A stretch of 64,000 nucleotides of DNA from Methanoregula sp. (lineage in GTDB: Archaea; Halobacteriota; Methanomicrobia; Methanomicrobiales; Methanospirillaceae), in the NCBI GenBank assembly GCA_039698055.1, contig JBDKTL010000016.1:32001-96000 (forward strand), written 5' to 3'. Under the pieces are notes generated by a model. The model was not told the DNA's origin. It worked only from the letters and a program-made list of their open reading frames with translations, and did no database searches. The position numbers were made by a program, and so were the translations under genes. Positions 1 through 9,538 of the stretch are shown here, piece after piece; within the stretch, counting starts at the first letter, position 1, and the number at the start of each line of letters is the position of its first letter.

Positions 1-203
1 CCGCCAATACTGGGGAGGGCGATGTTCATGGCAGATGCATCAAACGGTGTGATAAATCCGGTAAGAACTGCGATAAAGAGGACAATAATTTTCCCGGTAC
101 GCGTTACCGGGTTGGGCGGAGTATGGCAGATCTCCGGCGTTTCTGTTTCCGCGCCGGTTTCGGGATGCAGCCGGTCCATCTTTTCTGGAATGGCCGAACT
201 CAT
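1..203 (-). CDS. MFS (DHA2-type) drug transporter, N-terminal part (runs off window start)
   Basis: Manual translation from ATG at 203: MSSAIPEK...IIVLFIAVLTGFITPFDASAMNIALPSIG, typical of DHA2 TM1; overlaps the MarR stop codon (ATGA). Confidence 0.8.
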   Translation of the reverse strand, partial: MSSAIPEKMDRLHPETGAETETPEICHTPPNPVTRTGKIIVLFIAVLTGFITPFDASAMNIALPSIG

Positions 204-706
204 TGTTTGTCCCCGCTGGGCATATGAGCGGCAGCTCGGGAATTTTCTTCGATACTTTTGGTATAGAATAAATCAATAGATGAAAAGACCCGCTCCAGAG
301 TGGCTCTTTCCTCCAAACTGAGAGGACCGATTTGTTTGAAGAGCCCATCACACTTCTCCGCATGGATCTTTTCATGATTATGGTACGCAATGAGTCCTTT
401 GGGAGTCAGTTTCAGGAGAATCTCTTTGTCGTTCCGGACTCCCTTTACCTTCTGTACCAGTCCTCGTTTTGCCAGTTTCGTGATAACTTGCGATGCGGCA
501 GAATGTGTCACTCCCGTAAGATCAGCAATAATCCCAATATTATTATCAGGAGTCATCCCGATTGCCTGAAGGGTATGCATCTCGGCAACATAGAGCGGTT
601 CGGGAAGTCCGAAATCCCAGCGGGTTCTCTCAACGATATTTATCTTGTTCGAGACACGCATCAACATCTGATACAGTTCCGGCAAATCAGCGGGTGTTTG
701 TTTCAT
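200..706 (-). CDS. MarR-family transcriptional regulator
   Basis: wHTH pattern IADLTGVTHSAASQVITKLAKRGLVQK..NDKEILLKLTPKG; start could also be 727. Confidence 0.9.
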   Translation of the reverse strand: MKQTPADLPELYQMLMRVSNKINIVERTRWDFGLPEPLYVAEMHTLQAIGMTPDNNIGIIADLTGVTHSAASQVITKLAKRGLVQKVKGVRNDKEILLKLTPKGLIAYHNHEKIHAEKCDGLFKQIGPLSLEERATLERVFSSIDLFYTKSIEENSRAAAHMPSGDKQ

Positions 707-735
707 AGCTATCAACTGTCTGATCACTGGTTTGT

Positions 736-746
736 TTAGTTACTAA
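736..746. promoter_or_regulatory. possible MarR operator (TTAGT-T-ACTAA palindrome)
   Basis: Perfect short inverted repeat just upstream of marR in AT-rich promoter DNA. Confidence 0.3.
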
Positions 747-1031
747 TAAATATTTTACTGAAGTCTGGGTGATTTTCCTAGGATTTCCGGCATATCTCTT
801 CGTAAGTTATTTGCAGTCTCATGATGATTTGCAGTGACCGTCCAAAATATTTATTAGATCCTAATCAAATTAGAATATACGCAATTGATTGAAATATACA
901 ATCGCTTGTCGGGAGGAACGCTTCTTGAATACCATAAAAGTAATCGGTTTGATTGCCAGTCCTCGCGGAAGGAACCTTTTCGCCTATGAGTACGACTGGT
1001 ATACCCGAAACGGCTGGATGAAACAGGGAGG

Positions 1032-1877
1032 TTGAATGTGATGAAGAGTATCGTTGCAGAAAAACTCAAACTGAAATACGAACCTACGGCAATCCTCTGG
1101 AGCAATACCAAGCCCGAAGGTGCGCTCCAGATAAAACCGCACGCGTATGCCTGCGTTATGATGTTCTTTGCGCAGGTGGCAGTAAAGGGAAAAACCGCGG
1201 TCTTCGACCGGGAAACCTACGGCTGTCCCGGGGCCCGCGCCGGTCTTGGTTTCGGGAACGGTTTTGACGGTGCATTCGGGGGAGAAGGCACGGATTTCGT
1301 GTGTGCGTTCCTGACAAAAGGGGCAGAAAGCAGCAAAAACCCCGAAGCCTATCGTCAGATGGTACAGCATGTCCCCGAACGTGAACGCCCGAAGTTCCTG
1401 TACGGCGAACGGATATACAAGAACACGGAACGCGCAACACGGCATATCGAGAATTTTCCCATCACGAATATTCCCGAGAAATATGTGATTTTCACTCCCT
1501 TAAGCAAGGTAAAGCCCGGTGACCATCCGGTTGCCGTTGTTTTTTTGGCAGACACCCTGCAGGTTACCGGACTTGCTACCCTTGTCGGATCGTTTTACGA
1601 GGGGCTGGATGCCGTTTATCTCCCCCCGGTGAGTGGCTGCGAGCAGATCGGGACCATGGTATACGAGGAAGCGAAACGCGAACATCCGAGAGCGGTGCTC
1701 GGATACACCGATCCCACCGCCCGGGAAAACGTCGGGAAAACAATTCCACGGAATATGTTCACCTTCGCTGTGCCGTACAAACTTTTCGAGAAAATGGAGG
1801 AGGCAGCACATGACGGCCTGTTCGAAAGCCCGACCTGGAAATCGATAACCAAAGACCCGGAAGTACCGGCCGGTTGA
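1032..1877 (+). CDS. DUF169-family protein
   Basis: LKLKYEPTAI, ACVMM, GCPGARAGLG, SGC, LGYTDPTAR motifs. Confidence 0.8.
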   Translation: MNVMKSIVAEKLKLKYEPTAILWSNTKPEGALQIKPHAYACVMMFFAQVAVKGKTAVFDRETYGCPGARAGLGFGNGFDGAFGGEGTDFVCAFLTKGAESSKNPEAYRQMVQHVPERERPKFLYGERIYKNTERATRHIENFPITNIPEKYVIFTPLSKVKPGDHPVAVVFLADTLQVTGLATLVGSFYEGLDAVYLPPVSGCEQIGTMVYEEAKREHPRAVLGYTDPTARENVGKTIPRNMFTFAVPYKLFEKMEEAAHDGLFESPTWKSITKDPEVPAG

Positions 1878-1968
1878 ATACACAGTTGGGGGATTTCCCC
1901 GGGTGCCCCGGAGGGATCCGGCAGGGGAGTTTCTCCAGCGGGAGCCTGATGTAAGGGAGTTGATTTGT

Positions 1969-3468
1969 ATGCAGGAGATTGTAAAAAAGATGATCACCGA
2001 GGCGATGGCTGCCCAGCACGCTGACGTGAACCAGATCAAAAAGAAGCGCGGACAGAATTTTGTCATTGATGACACGAAGGCCTATGTCGATGCTGTCAAA
2101 GGCATGAAACCGGCAGGAGAGCAAAGCAAGGCAGTCTTTGCCCTTCACAAGGATTCGGTCGATGCACACTACACGATCCTCAAAACCCTCACCACGACGA
2201 TCCGACCCGAAGACGACCCGTTTGTCGAACACTACCAGACGCCGGTGATCATGGAGATCCTGTATGACGAGGACCCGGAGTTCAGGAAAAGTGCGGATGT
2301 GTTCATTGAGGCGATCGGGAAAGCCGAGGCCCTGATCGGAAAGGAATCGGCCCGGCGCTACGCAGGATTCTACGGCCCGACCTGTGTCGTGGACTTTGCC
2401 CTGATCCCGGGCAGCAGCAGCAACATCGTCAATCAGATCCTCAAGACAACGAAGATCCCGACCGCCCACAAACAGGCGATCCTCGCAGCAAAATCGTGGG
2501 GCATGAACACCTCGTACGGGATCGGGGATGTCTTTGCCCACTCAGTGGAGAGCGGCGCGACCCTTGCCGATGCAGTCAAAAAAGAGATCGCGATGATCCA
2601 GTCCATCTACGAGACGCCGGTTGCGGCCCAGGCAAAACTCATGGACAGCGTTGGCCAGTCTTCGTTTGACTGCCGGAAGTACATGAAGGATTACCGCACG
2701 AAGATGACAGGAGCGGTAAAGGCCGCGATCGACGATGACGTCCACTACGGGAACATCGTGACCGTGCCGGCCTACTGCGTTGGCGACATCGCCCACCACA
2801 TCGCCCAGTCCACGTACAACATGTGCAAGGACGACGTGATCATGGCGGTCATTGAATCGGTGACCGAGGTGATGGACACGACCCTGCATGCCGCAGCGCC
2901 GAAGATACAAACTCCCAACGAGGTTCTTCCGCTCGCGACCGGGGCATCGGCAAGTGCTGCTGAGTACCTGCTCGAACTCGACGGGTTCAACGCGATCATG
3001 GTCGTGGACATGCTCACCAAGCGTTACCACAACTATGTTCAGCTCTACCCGAAGCGCGGGGCAGCCGTCGAACTGCACAACTGCGATTTCATGGACATGG
3101 TGTACCGGGGCTGGAAGCTCGTGGACAAGGCCCGCCGGATGCAGGCCGGGACGCCCGGGCTTATCACGCCCAAGGTCGGCGGGTTTGACGTGAACCTTGC
3201 ACCGATCTTAAAGAACGATGTGATCGCCAACCCGCAGCGGTACGCTTATCCTGCCTGTGCCATGACCGTGCGGTTCTCGGCGATGATGCGCCTTGCCGAC
3301 TACCCGTGCCTGCTCACGAGCGAACCGGTCACCGCGACGCTGATGACCAATATCATCGCGCTCAACAAGACCGTCGCCGCCGCCCCTGCCCGGATCTGCA
3401 AGGACTGCGCGTCTGCCGCCCTCATGGACTTCCGGCACTGCTCCTGCCAGTGGAAGGATGCAGTCTGA
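1969..3468 (+). CDS. DUF2193-family protein
   Basis: N-terminus MQEIVKKMITEAMAAQHADV, FVEHYQTP, Cys-rich C-terminus CKDC..RHCSCQW; ATG 1969 preferred. Confidence 0.8.
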   Translation: MQEIVKKMITEAMAAQHADVNQIKKKRGQNFVIDDTKAYVDAVKGMKPAGEQSKAVFALHKDSVDAHYTILKTLTTTIRPEDDPFVEHYQTPVIMEILYDEDPEFRKSADVFIEAIGKAEALIGKESARRYAGFYGPTCVVDFALIPGSSSNIVNQILKTTKIPTAHKQAILAAKSWGMNTSYGIGDVFAHSVESGATLADAVKKEIAMIQSIYETPVAAQAKLMDSVGQSSFDCRKYMKDYRTKMTGAVKAAIDDDVHYGNIVTVPAYCVGDIAHHIAQSTYNMCKDDVIMAVIESVTEVMDTTLHAAAPKIQTPNEVLPLATGASASAAEYLLELDGFNAIMVVDMLTKRYHNYVQLYPKRGAAVELHNCDFMDMVYRGWKLVDKARRMQAGTPGLITPKVGGFDVNLAPILKNDVIANPQRYAYPACAMTVRFSAMMRLADYPCLLTSEPVTATLMTNIIALNKTVAAAPARICKDCASAALMDFRHCSCQWKDAV

Positions 3469-3499
3469 TCCCCGCTGGGGAAAACAGGGGGGAAAGACG

Positions 3500-3712
3500 A
3501 TGAAATGTTACGTGTGTGCCCGTGAGGGAAATGACGCGGACGCGGTTGCCGTCTGCACGGTCTGCGGTATGGGAACCTGCATGAAACATACGATCCGAAA
3601 GGAGGTCGATGTCTGGGAGGGCAGCTATCCCCTCCCCTCCCGCAAATTGCCTAAAAAAATGCCGCGGATGCTCTGCCCCGACTGCAGCGAAGCGTACGGG
3701 GAGGGAAAGTAG
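3500..3712 (+). CDS. DUF2180-family small Cys-rich (Zn-binding) protein
   Basis: MKCYVC...AVAVCTVCGMGTCMKH...LCPDC. Confidence 0.8.
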   Translation: MKCYVCAREGNDADAVAVCTVCGMGTCMKHTIRKEVDVWEGSYPLPSRKLPKKMPRMLCPDCSEAYGEGK

Positions 3713-4453
3713 ATGGCATCGCTCTTCTCCCGCAGCCTTGCGGAAGGGGTAGGCACCCTCCTTTTGGTCTATTTTGGGACCGGGGCTGCCGTGATCACCC
3801 TGCTGATCGCAGCAGGAACAAAGCCTGCGACTACATTCAACGTCGGGATCGGACAGTTGGGGGGGCTCGGCGACTGGCTGGCGATCGGCCTTGTCTTCGG
3901 GATCGTGGTCGCCGCTGTGATCTGCGCGCTGGGCCGGGTCTCGGGCGCCCACATCAACCCGGCGGTGACCATCGCACTCTGGGCGACAAAACGGTTTCCC
4001 GCGAACGAGACTGTTGCCTACGTGATCGCCCAGTGTATCGGGGCTGCGGCAGGAAGCCTGATCCTTTTCCTCACGCTCGGGGCTGCTGCGGTAACGACCG
4101 GTGGCCTTGGGGCAACCTCGCCATTCCCGGGGATCGGGTACGGGCAGGCGATGCTTGTCGAAGGGGTCGCCACGTTTGTCCTGATGCTCGTCATTATGGG
4201 GGTCGCGGTAGACCCGCGTGCCACGCCGGGTTTTGCCGGCCTGGTGATCGGCCTTACCGTCGCCGGAATGATCACGATGGCCGGTAACATCTCCGGTGCA
4301 TCGATCAACCCGGCCCGCACGTTCGGGCCGTATCTCATGGAAAACCTTCTGGGTGGTGCAAATCTCTGGCAGTACTTCCCGATCTATGTGATCGGGCCTG
4401 TCGTCGGGGCGGTCACGGCAGCGTTCTTCTACGACAGGATTACGGCGCAATAA
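3713..4453 (+). CDS. aqpM: MIP-family aquaporin (AqpM-like)
   Basis: SGAHINPAVT and INPARTFGP (two NPA motifs), six hydrophobic segments. Confidence 0.92.
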   Translation: MASLFSRSLAEGVGTLLLVYFGTGAAVITLLIAAGTKPATTFNVGIGQLGGLGDWLAIGLVFGIVVAAVICALGRVSGAHINPAVTIALWATKRFPANETVAYVIAQCIGAAAGSLILFLTLGAAAVTTGGLGATSPFPGIGYGQAMLVEGVATFVLMLVIMGVAVDPRATPGFAGLVIGLTVAGMITMAGNISGASINPARTFGPYLMENLLGGANLWQYFPIYVIGPVVGAVTAAFFYDRITAQ

Positions 4454-4582
4454 AGAGAGACTGCACGTCCCCTTAAAGAAACGATGAAGAGTGTAGAATG
4501 GCTCACCGGCCCGAAGCGTCCGGAAAATGTATCCGAGCCAAGAGGCGGATAGGATTCCACAAGCACAAACGAAGGAAGGATA

Positions 4583-4909
4583 GTGATGAGATGCCCGGCA
4601 TGTTTCCCCGATCTCCTGGAACAATTCATGATTGCCTGCAACAACACGGAACACTGGACCACCGTGGAAGAGTTCCGCGAAAAAATGTCCCTTGACACAT
4701 CATCTGCCCTCGCCATTTCGGGATTCCTGCGCAGGCTCTACAATAACCCGACCGTACCCGGCAGGTATACGGTTGTACGGATTGAAAACGTGAAAGTTGA
4801 TCGTCCCTACCACCGGATCATCCGGCGCTACCTTGTCCGGGAAAGAGCAGTACACCGGCAGGTACGTGCCCCGGCGGGAGAAAAATGCCCCGGACAGATC
4901 CGGGAATAG
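4583..4909 (+). CDS. hypothetical protein (possible wHTH)
   Basis: 108-aa ORF preceded by GAAGGA; no family recognised. Confidence 0.55.
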   Translation: MMRCPACFPDLLEQFMIACNNTEHWTTVEEFREKMSLDTSSALAISGFLRRLYNNPTVPGRYTVVRIENVKVDRPYHRIIRRYLVRERAVHRQVRAPAGEKCPGQIRE

Positions 4910-5026
4910 CGGCACAGCCAGGCACCGATGAAAAGTGGTTGGTCAACAGATGGGGAACCGGATATTTTTGCGAAGTTTAGCTGGAATCGGGTAGAATTCA
5001 GAAAGTAAAAGACGGGAAGTGAAATT

Positions 5027-5764
5027 ATGGGACGCATTGAAGGAAGGGTAGCACTTATCAGTGGCGGTGCACGGGGCTTGGGCGCGACCAATGCCCGGGC
5101 CCTGGCGGCAGAAGGAGCGAAGGTCATAATCGGTGACACTCTCGAATCCGAAGGAAAACAGGTTGCAAAAGATCTGGGTCCCCGCGGCTGCTACGTTACG
5201 CTCGATGTTACTGAATCGTCTGACTGGATTGAAGCGGTAGAGATCGCAGAAAATACCTTCGGCCCGGTAAGCATTCTCGTGAATAGCGCAGGGATGGTGA
5301 GCCCTGCACCTTTTGATGAGTGCACAAACCAGCAATTCGGGGAAAGTATCGAATCCAACATTTACGGAACATTCTACGGAATGAAAGCCGTTATTCCCTC
5401 GATGAGAAAGGCTGGGGGTGGATCGATCATCAATATTTCATCCTTTTCCGGGCGGCGCGGGTATCCCATGGCACCGGGCTGCATTGCATCCAAATGGGGC
5501 ATCCGCGGCCTGACGAAATCGGCGGCCCTGGATCTCGCACGGTACCATATCCGGGTAAATTCGATTCACCTTGGACAAATCCTGACATCCGCGACAAGAG
5601 CAAACGATCTGGAGACCGGGCATGTGGCCATGAACCGGGCAGGCATGCCCGAAGAGCTTGCAAATGCCGTGCTCTTTCTTGCAGGCGATGAGTCCAGTTT
5701 CATCACCGGTGCCGAGATAGCAGTTGACGGCGGGGAAAGTGCGGGACTGGCAGACTGGGGATGA
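5027..5764 (+). CDS. short-chain dehydrogenase/reductase, possibly degenerate
   Basis: SGGARGLG Rossmann motif, IRVNSIH, FITGAEIAVDGG; catalytic YxxxK reads CIASK. Confidence 0.85.
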   Translation: MGRIEGRVALISGGARGLGATNARALAAEGAKVIIGDTLESEGKQVAKDLGPRGCYVTLDVTESSDWIEAVEIAENTFGPVSILVNSAGMVSPAPFDECTNQQFGESIESNIYGTFYGMKAVIPSMRKAGGGSIINISSFSGRRGYPMAPGCIASKWGIRGLTKSAALDLARYHIRVNSIHLGQILTSATRANDLETGHVAMNRAGMPEELANAVLFLAGDESSFITGAEIAVDGGESAGLADWG

Positions 5765-5822
5765 GAAAGTCACTCAATTGTGAAATAAAATCATACTCGG
5801 AATAACACGCAAGGACACCTCG

Positions 5823-7361
5823 ATGACAGATGACATAACAGCGTCTATGGCGGCAGTCGAGCGATGGATTGGAAATCCGGTCTCGCGAGCCTGCCTCCGG
5901 TTTGTTGCGACGCATGATGAATGCGGAGACCGGTTGTCGAATGCAATCGATCTCTACCTGGGAAAGGAAAAGCATCTATGTTGGAAATGCAGGCTTGCCG
6001 GAAAGATTGTAGGGTATACCCTGAAGAAAAGCAGCCACCTGTTTGGCGTCAGCGACGCTGACATCAGGAAAGGACTGGCGGAACCGGTCTTCAAACGGGG
6101 GCTCATGAACGTGCTCAATGGCATTGCACAGTACGGGGTCACCCGGCCCCAGATCGTCAATGCACCGTTCCTGGTGGTCTGGGATTTTACCCACCGGTGC
6201 AACCTGCAGTGCAAACACTGCTACCAGGATGCCCAGCGGGCATTGCCGGATGAACTCACCACCGATGAGGCAAAAAAGCTTATCGACCAACTTGCAGACG
6301 TCGGGGTTGTCGTCATAGCATTCTCCGGCGGTGAACCCCTCATGAGAAAGGACTTCTTTGAGATCGCTTCCTACGCCCACGAGCACGATCTCTACGTCGC
6401 CCTTGCCAGCAACGGCACCATGATCACCCCGGAAGTGGCAAAAAGACTGCACGATACCGGCGTGGATTACGTGGAGATCTCCATTGACGGGAAAGATGCC
6501 GCACACCATGATGCCCTGCGGGGAATTGACGGTGCGTTCGAACGAAGCGTTGCCGGGATCCGGAACTGTGTAAAAAACGGGATCTATACCTGCATTGCCA
6601 CGACAGTAACGCAGGATAATTACGACCAGGTACCGGAAATCCACTGTCTCGCGAAAGATCTAGGGGTGACTCGCATGATCTGTTTCAATTTTAGCCCGAC
6701 CGGACGGGGTGTGGAGATGGCTGACAAGGACATAACTCCCTGCCAGCGGGATCATCTCCTCATGTTCATCTTGGTAAAAAACACACGCGGCCAGAAGCCT
6801 GAGGTGCTCTCCACCGCCCCGCAGTTAGCCCGGGTCGCTACCCAGAAAGTGGATTTGGGTATACCGGTGGGGCATTTCTATCTTGGTTCTGAATTGAGCG
6901 GCAGGGCCCGGATGCTTGCGGATTTTATCGGCGGATGCGGTGCCGGCAGGCTTTATTGCAGTGTCGAACCGCAGGGCGATATCCAGCCATGCGTCTTCAT
7001 GCCCATCAAAGTCGGGAATATTCGGAAGACACCGTTCCTTGAGATCTGGCATAATGCCGATGTGCTCAATAAGTTACGGGACCGCGATCTCCTGACCGGT
7101 AACTGCGGATCGTGCACGAACAAGTACATCTGCGGCGGCTGCCGTGCACGGGCGTGGGCGTATTTCCATGACCTGACAAAGCCGGATCCGGGATGCATCA
7201 GGAACACTGCAGTCTGGGATGAAATGATGGGACGGAGCGGGACTGTTACATCTCTGGTTAGTGACGGATTTTTCAATTCGGAGCAATTTGCAAATCAACT
7301 GCAGACGCAACAAAATCGAGCGAGGTATTCCCTAGGTAGGGATGATTACGATGGCCGGTAA
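5823..7361 (+). CDS. radical SAM / SPASM-domain protein
   Basis: CNLQCKHC, FSGGEPL, and SPASM cysteines CGAG..C..PC..CGSC...CGGCRARA..C. Confidence 0.92.
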   Translation: MTDDITASMAAVERWIGNPVSRACLRFVATHDECGDRLSNAIDLYLGKEKHLCWKCRLAGKIVGYTLKKSSHLFGVSDADIRKGLAEPVFKRGLMNVLNGIAQYGVTRPQIVNAPFLVVWDFTHRCNLQCKHCYQDAQRALPDELTTDEAKKLIDQLADVGVVVIAFSGGEPLMRKDFFEIASYAHEHDLYVALASNGTMITPEVAKRLHDTGVDYVEISIDGKDAAHHDALRGIDGAFERSVAGIRNCVKNGIYTCIATTVTQDNYDQVPEIHCLAKDLGVTRMICFNFSPTGRGVEMADKDITPCQRDHLLMFILVKNTRGQKPEVLSTAPQLARVATQKVDLGIPVGHFYLGSELSGRARMLADFIGGCGAGRLYCSVEPQGDIQPCVFMPIKVGNIRKTPFLEIWHNADVLNKLRDRDLLTGNCGSCTNKYICGGCRARAWAYFHDLTKPDPGCIRNTAVWDEMMGRSGTVTSLVSDGFFNSEQFANQLQTQQNRARYSLGRDDYDGR

Positions 7362-7528
7362 CATTGCCGGCGGGGTTGCTCAACCCGGCACGGACGTTCG
7401 GGCCGTACGTGGTGGACGGCCTGCTCGGCGGCGCAGATCTTTGGCAGTACTTCTCAATCTACGTGATCGGGCCGGTTTGCGGAGCGGTTGCTGCCGCGTT
7501 TTTCTACGACGGAATCACGATACAATGA
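7342..7528 (+). pseudogene. frameshifted remnant of an aquaporin 3' end
   Basis: Removing one G near 7375 gives MITMAGNIAGGLLNPARTFGPYVVDGLLGGADLWQYFSIYVIGPVCGAVAAAFFYDGITIQ*, paralogous to 4268-4453. Confidence 0.85.
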
Positions 7529-7656
7529 TGGGGTGCGATTTTTTTTGTATTTCTTACAATAGTAACTTATTTTCACCCCGTTTTTCCCAAACGTTAAAAA
7601 ATCCGTCGTAATACACTGCTTGTGGTTCGTAAAAGAACCAAGGAGCTACCACAACT

Positions 7657-8160
7657 ATGGCAGATTTTGTACAGAGTGCAAACGTGAAGAGCGCGATCCG
7701 CAAGCTTGCGGAACCGATCGCTGATGTTACGGCGTTCAACGCGCTCGTCCAGTCGGTCATCACGTCAAACCCGTTTGCATGTGTCGCATATATGACCGCA
7801 GGGGAGAACAACCCGCCTGTCGAGAAGACCAAGGAAGGGTACACCGCGCGAATCGTCTATCAGGATACTGATGCAAAGACGGTCGGGACCGGTACTCACA
7901 AATTCGACACCCTCGCCGGGTATAACTCCGGGGTGACCGCGCTGCTTGCTGCTGCTGCGGTCAGCACGGCACACGGCGGTTCTGCGGCCCATGACACCGA
8001 CAAGGACACGTTCAGCGCGACCCTCAAGTGTCATGACCCGAACGGCGAACTTTACACGGTGAACTTCTCCCGCGACCAGCTCACCCTTACCTCCTATGAG
8101 GATGATGCAATCCGGACCAAGGTCGAGACCTGGGCGGACTCAGTCCCTGCTCTTGCCTGA
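7657..8160 (+). CDS. hypothetical protein (167 aa, Ala/Thr-rich)
   Basis: Clean ORF with upstream AAGGAG and host-like codon usage, followed by hairpin and T-tract. Confidence 0.8.
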   Translation: MADFVQSANVKSAIRKLAEPIADVTAFNALVQSVITSNPFACVAYMTAGENNPPVEKTKEGYTARIVYQDTDAKTVGTGTHKFDTLAGYNSGVTALLAAAAVSTAHGGSAAHDTDKDTFSATLKCHDPNGELYTVNFSRDQLTLTSYEDDAIRTKVETWADSVPALA

Positions 8161-8179
8161 ACTTTTCTGACGAAACTAC

Positions 8180-8215
8180 CCGGAGGGGAGGCGACCCCCC
8201 GGTCCCTCTCTTTTT
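8180..8215 (+). terminator. GC-rich hairpin plus T-tract after ORF 7657-8160
   Basis: ccggaggggaggcgaccccccgg followed by tccctctcttttt. Confidence 0.4.
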
Positions 8216-8244
8216 GGTTCCCTCGTCGTTAACAGAGGACTCTA

Positions 8245-8409
8245 ATGGATATTGAAACGTTAGGGATTTTGCTGGGAGCCGTGCTTCCGATTTATCCTGT
8301 GTTGTTTACGATCCACCAGAAGATCGGGCAATATGATGAGATCGTCGAGGAGTTCAAGAGACTCCGGACGGAACACGAAAGTTACAAGGAGAAATACCAT
8401 GGAACCTGA
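8245..8409 (+). CDS. small single-pass membrane protein (54 aa), absent from the ORF track
   Basis: MDIETLGILLGAVLPIYPVLFTIHQKIGQYDEIVEEFKRLRTEHESYKEKYHGT; GAGG upstream; overlaps the next start. Confidence 0.6.
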   Translation: MDIETLGILLGAVLPIYPVLFTIHQKIGQYDEIVEEFKRLRTEHESYKEKYHGT

Positions 8410-8881
8410 AAAAGCAGTGCAGCCGGTCGCGACGGTGACCGGCCTGTACCGGGGAAAGTTTGGCGGCCTTGAGCCGCTCACGCCGGATAAGCCGCTGACC
8501 CCGGAAGAAGTGCGTCGCAATCCCATTTTTTACGAGCTTGACCTTCACCCGGAACAGGGTGACGAGAACCTGATTATTGACTTGATTTACGACAACCTCG
8601 CACCCATCCGGTTGCAGGACCTGTACCGGGGAACCGATATTCCGCGGAACATCCGGTTCTGGCCGGACTGGTTCGACATTCCTCCCTACGAGGAGATGCA
8701 CGACATCGACGGCCGCCGGGTTTACCCGCGGGCCCCCGGGATCCACACGGTCCAGATCCGGACCGGTCGCCGGAAGTGGGCACAGATGGGCCGGGTCCGG
8801 GATTTCAGCCCGGAGAATGGCGGGTACACGAGCCCGGTCTTCGAGGTCCTGATCGCCAAAGGCGTGAATGCCAATGATTGA
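8399..8881 (+). CDS. hypothetical protein (160 aa)
   Basis: ATG 8399 preceded by AAGGAG; overlaps both neighbours. Confidence 0.7.
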   Translation: MEPEKAVQPVATVTGLYRGKFGGLEPLTPDKPLTPEEVRRNPIFYELDLHPEQGDENLIIDLIYDNLAPIRLQDLYRGTDIPRNIRFWPDWFDIPPYEEMHDIDGRRVYPRAPGIHTVQIRTGRRKWAQMGRVRDFSPENGGYTSPVFEVLIAKGVNAND

Positions 8882-9326
8882 CGGTTCGGCGGTTCACGCG
8901 TTCTGGTGCGGGATCCTGCACACGATCGGTGCGTTTGACCTGTCCGCGCTCACCGATGCGGAGAAGGTCGATATCGCCGGGCGGAGAACCTGGTTCTGGC
9001 TCGGCGAAGTGAGCGTGGCCGCGGTTCTGGCTGGGTTCATCGCGATCCCTGCGGGGATCTGGTTTGCCGGCCGGACCGAGATCTCCCTTGCATTCATCGC
9101 GGCTGCGGTCCTGTTCCTGCCGCTCTTTGTCTTCCTGCCGAAGCTGATCCAGCGCGGGATGAATGCGGACACCGATGCGGCGATTGACGCGTTCGGGAAG
9201 AATGAGCAGGTGAAGAAAATCTTCTGGGCGCTGTTCGTCGCGATGGCGGGACTGGTGCTGGCCCGGGTACTGGACCCGGCGACAGCTCAGCAGATTATCA
9301 CGCTCGTCACGTCGGCGGTGCCGTGA
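8868..9326 (+). CDS. hypothetical membrane protein (about 3 TM)
   Basis: Hydrophobic segments VSVAAVLAGFIAIPAGIWF, ISLAFIAAAVLFLPLFVFL, IFWALFVAMAGLVLA. Confidence 0.7.
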   Translation: MPMIDGSAVHAFWCGILHTIGAFDLSALTDAEKVDIAGRRTWFWLGEVSVAAVLAGFIAIPAGIWFAGRTEISLAFIAAAVLFLPLFVFLPKLIQRGMNADTDAAIDAFGKNEQVKKIFWALFVAMAGLVLARVLDPATAQQIITLVTSAVP

Positions 9327-9538
9327 GGTTCTGGTTTTTCACCCGGAAAACGATACTGGTTTGGGTTGGGATGGTGATATCGTAGTGTCCCTTCGGGGAT
9401 AACTGGGTAGACGGGTGGGGAGAGATTTCCTCGCCCGGATCTTTTTTGGATTTTTCGGTTTCTCATTTGTGATTGGCATTACCATTTGAAAAGTTGTAAG
9501 TAGATATGAGATAGAATCACATTGAAGGAGGATTCTAT

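Noticed and set aside
3422-4654. 410-aa antisense ORF (similar cases at 29954-31030 and 54445-55401)
   Set aside because: Shadow ORFs opposite well-supported genes in GC-rich coding DNA.
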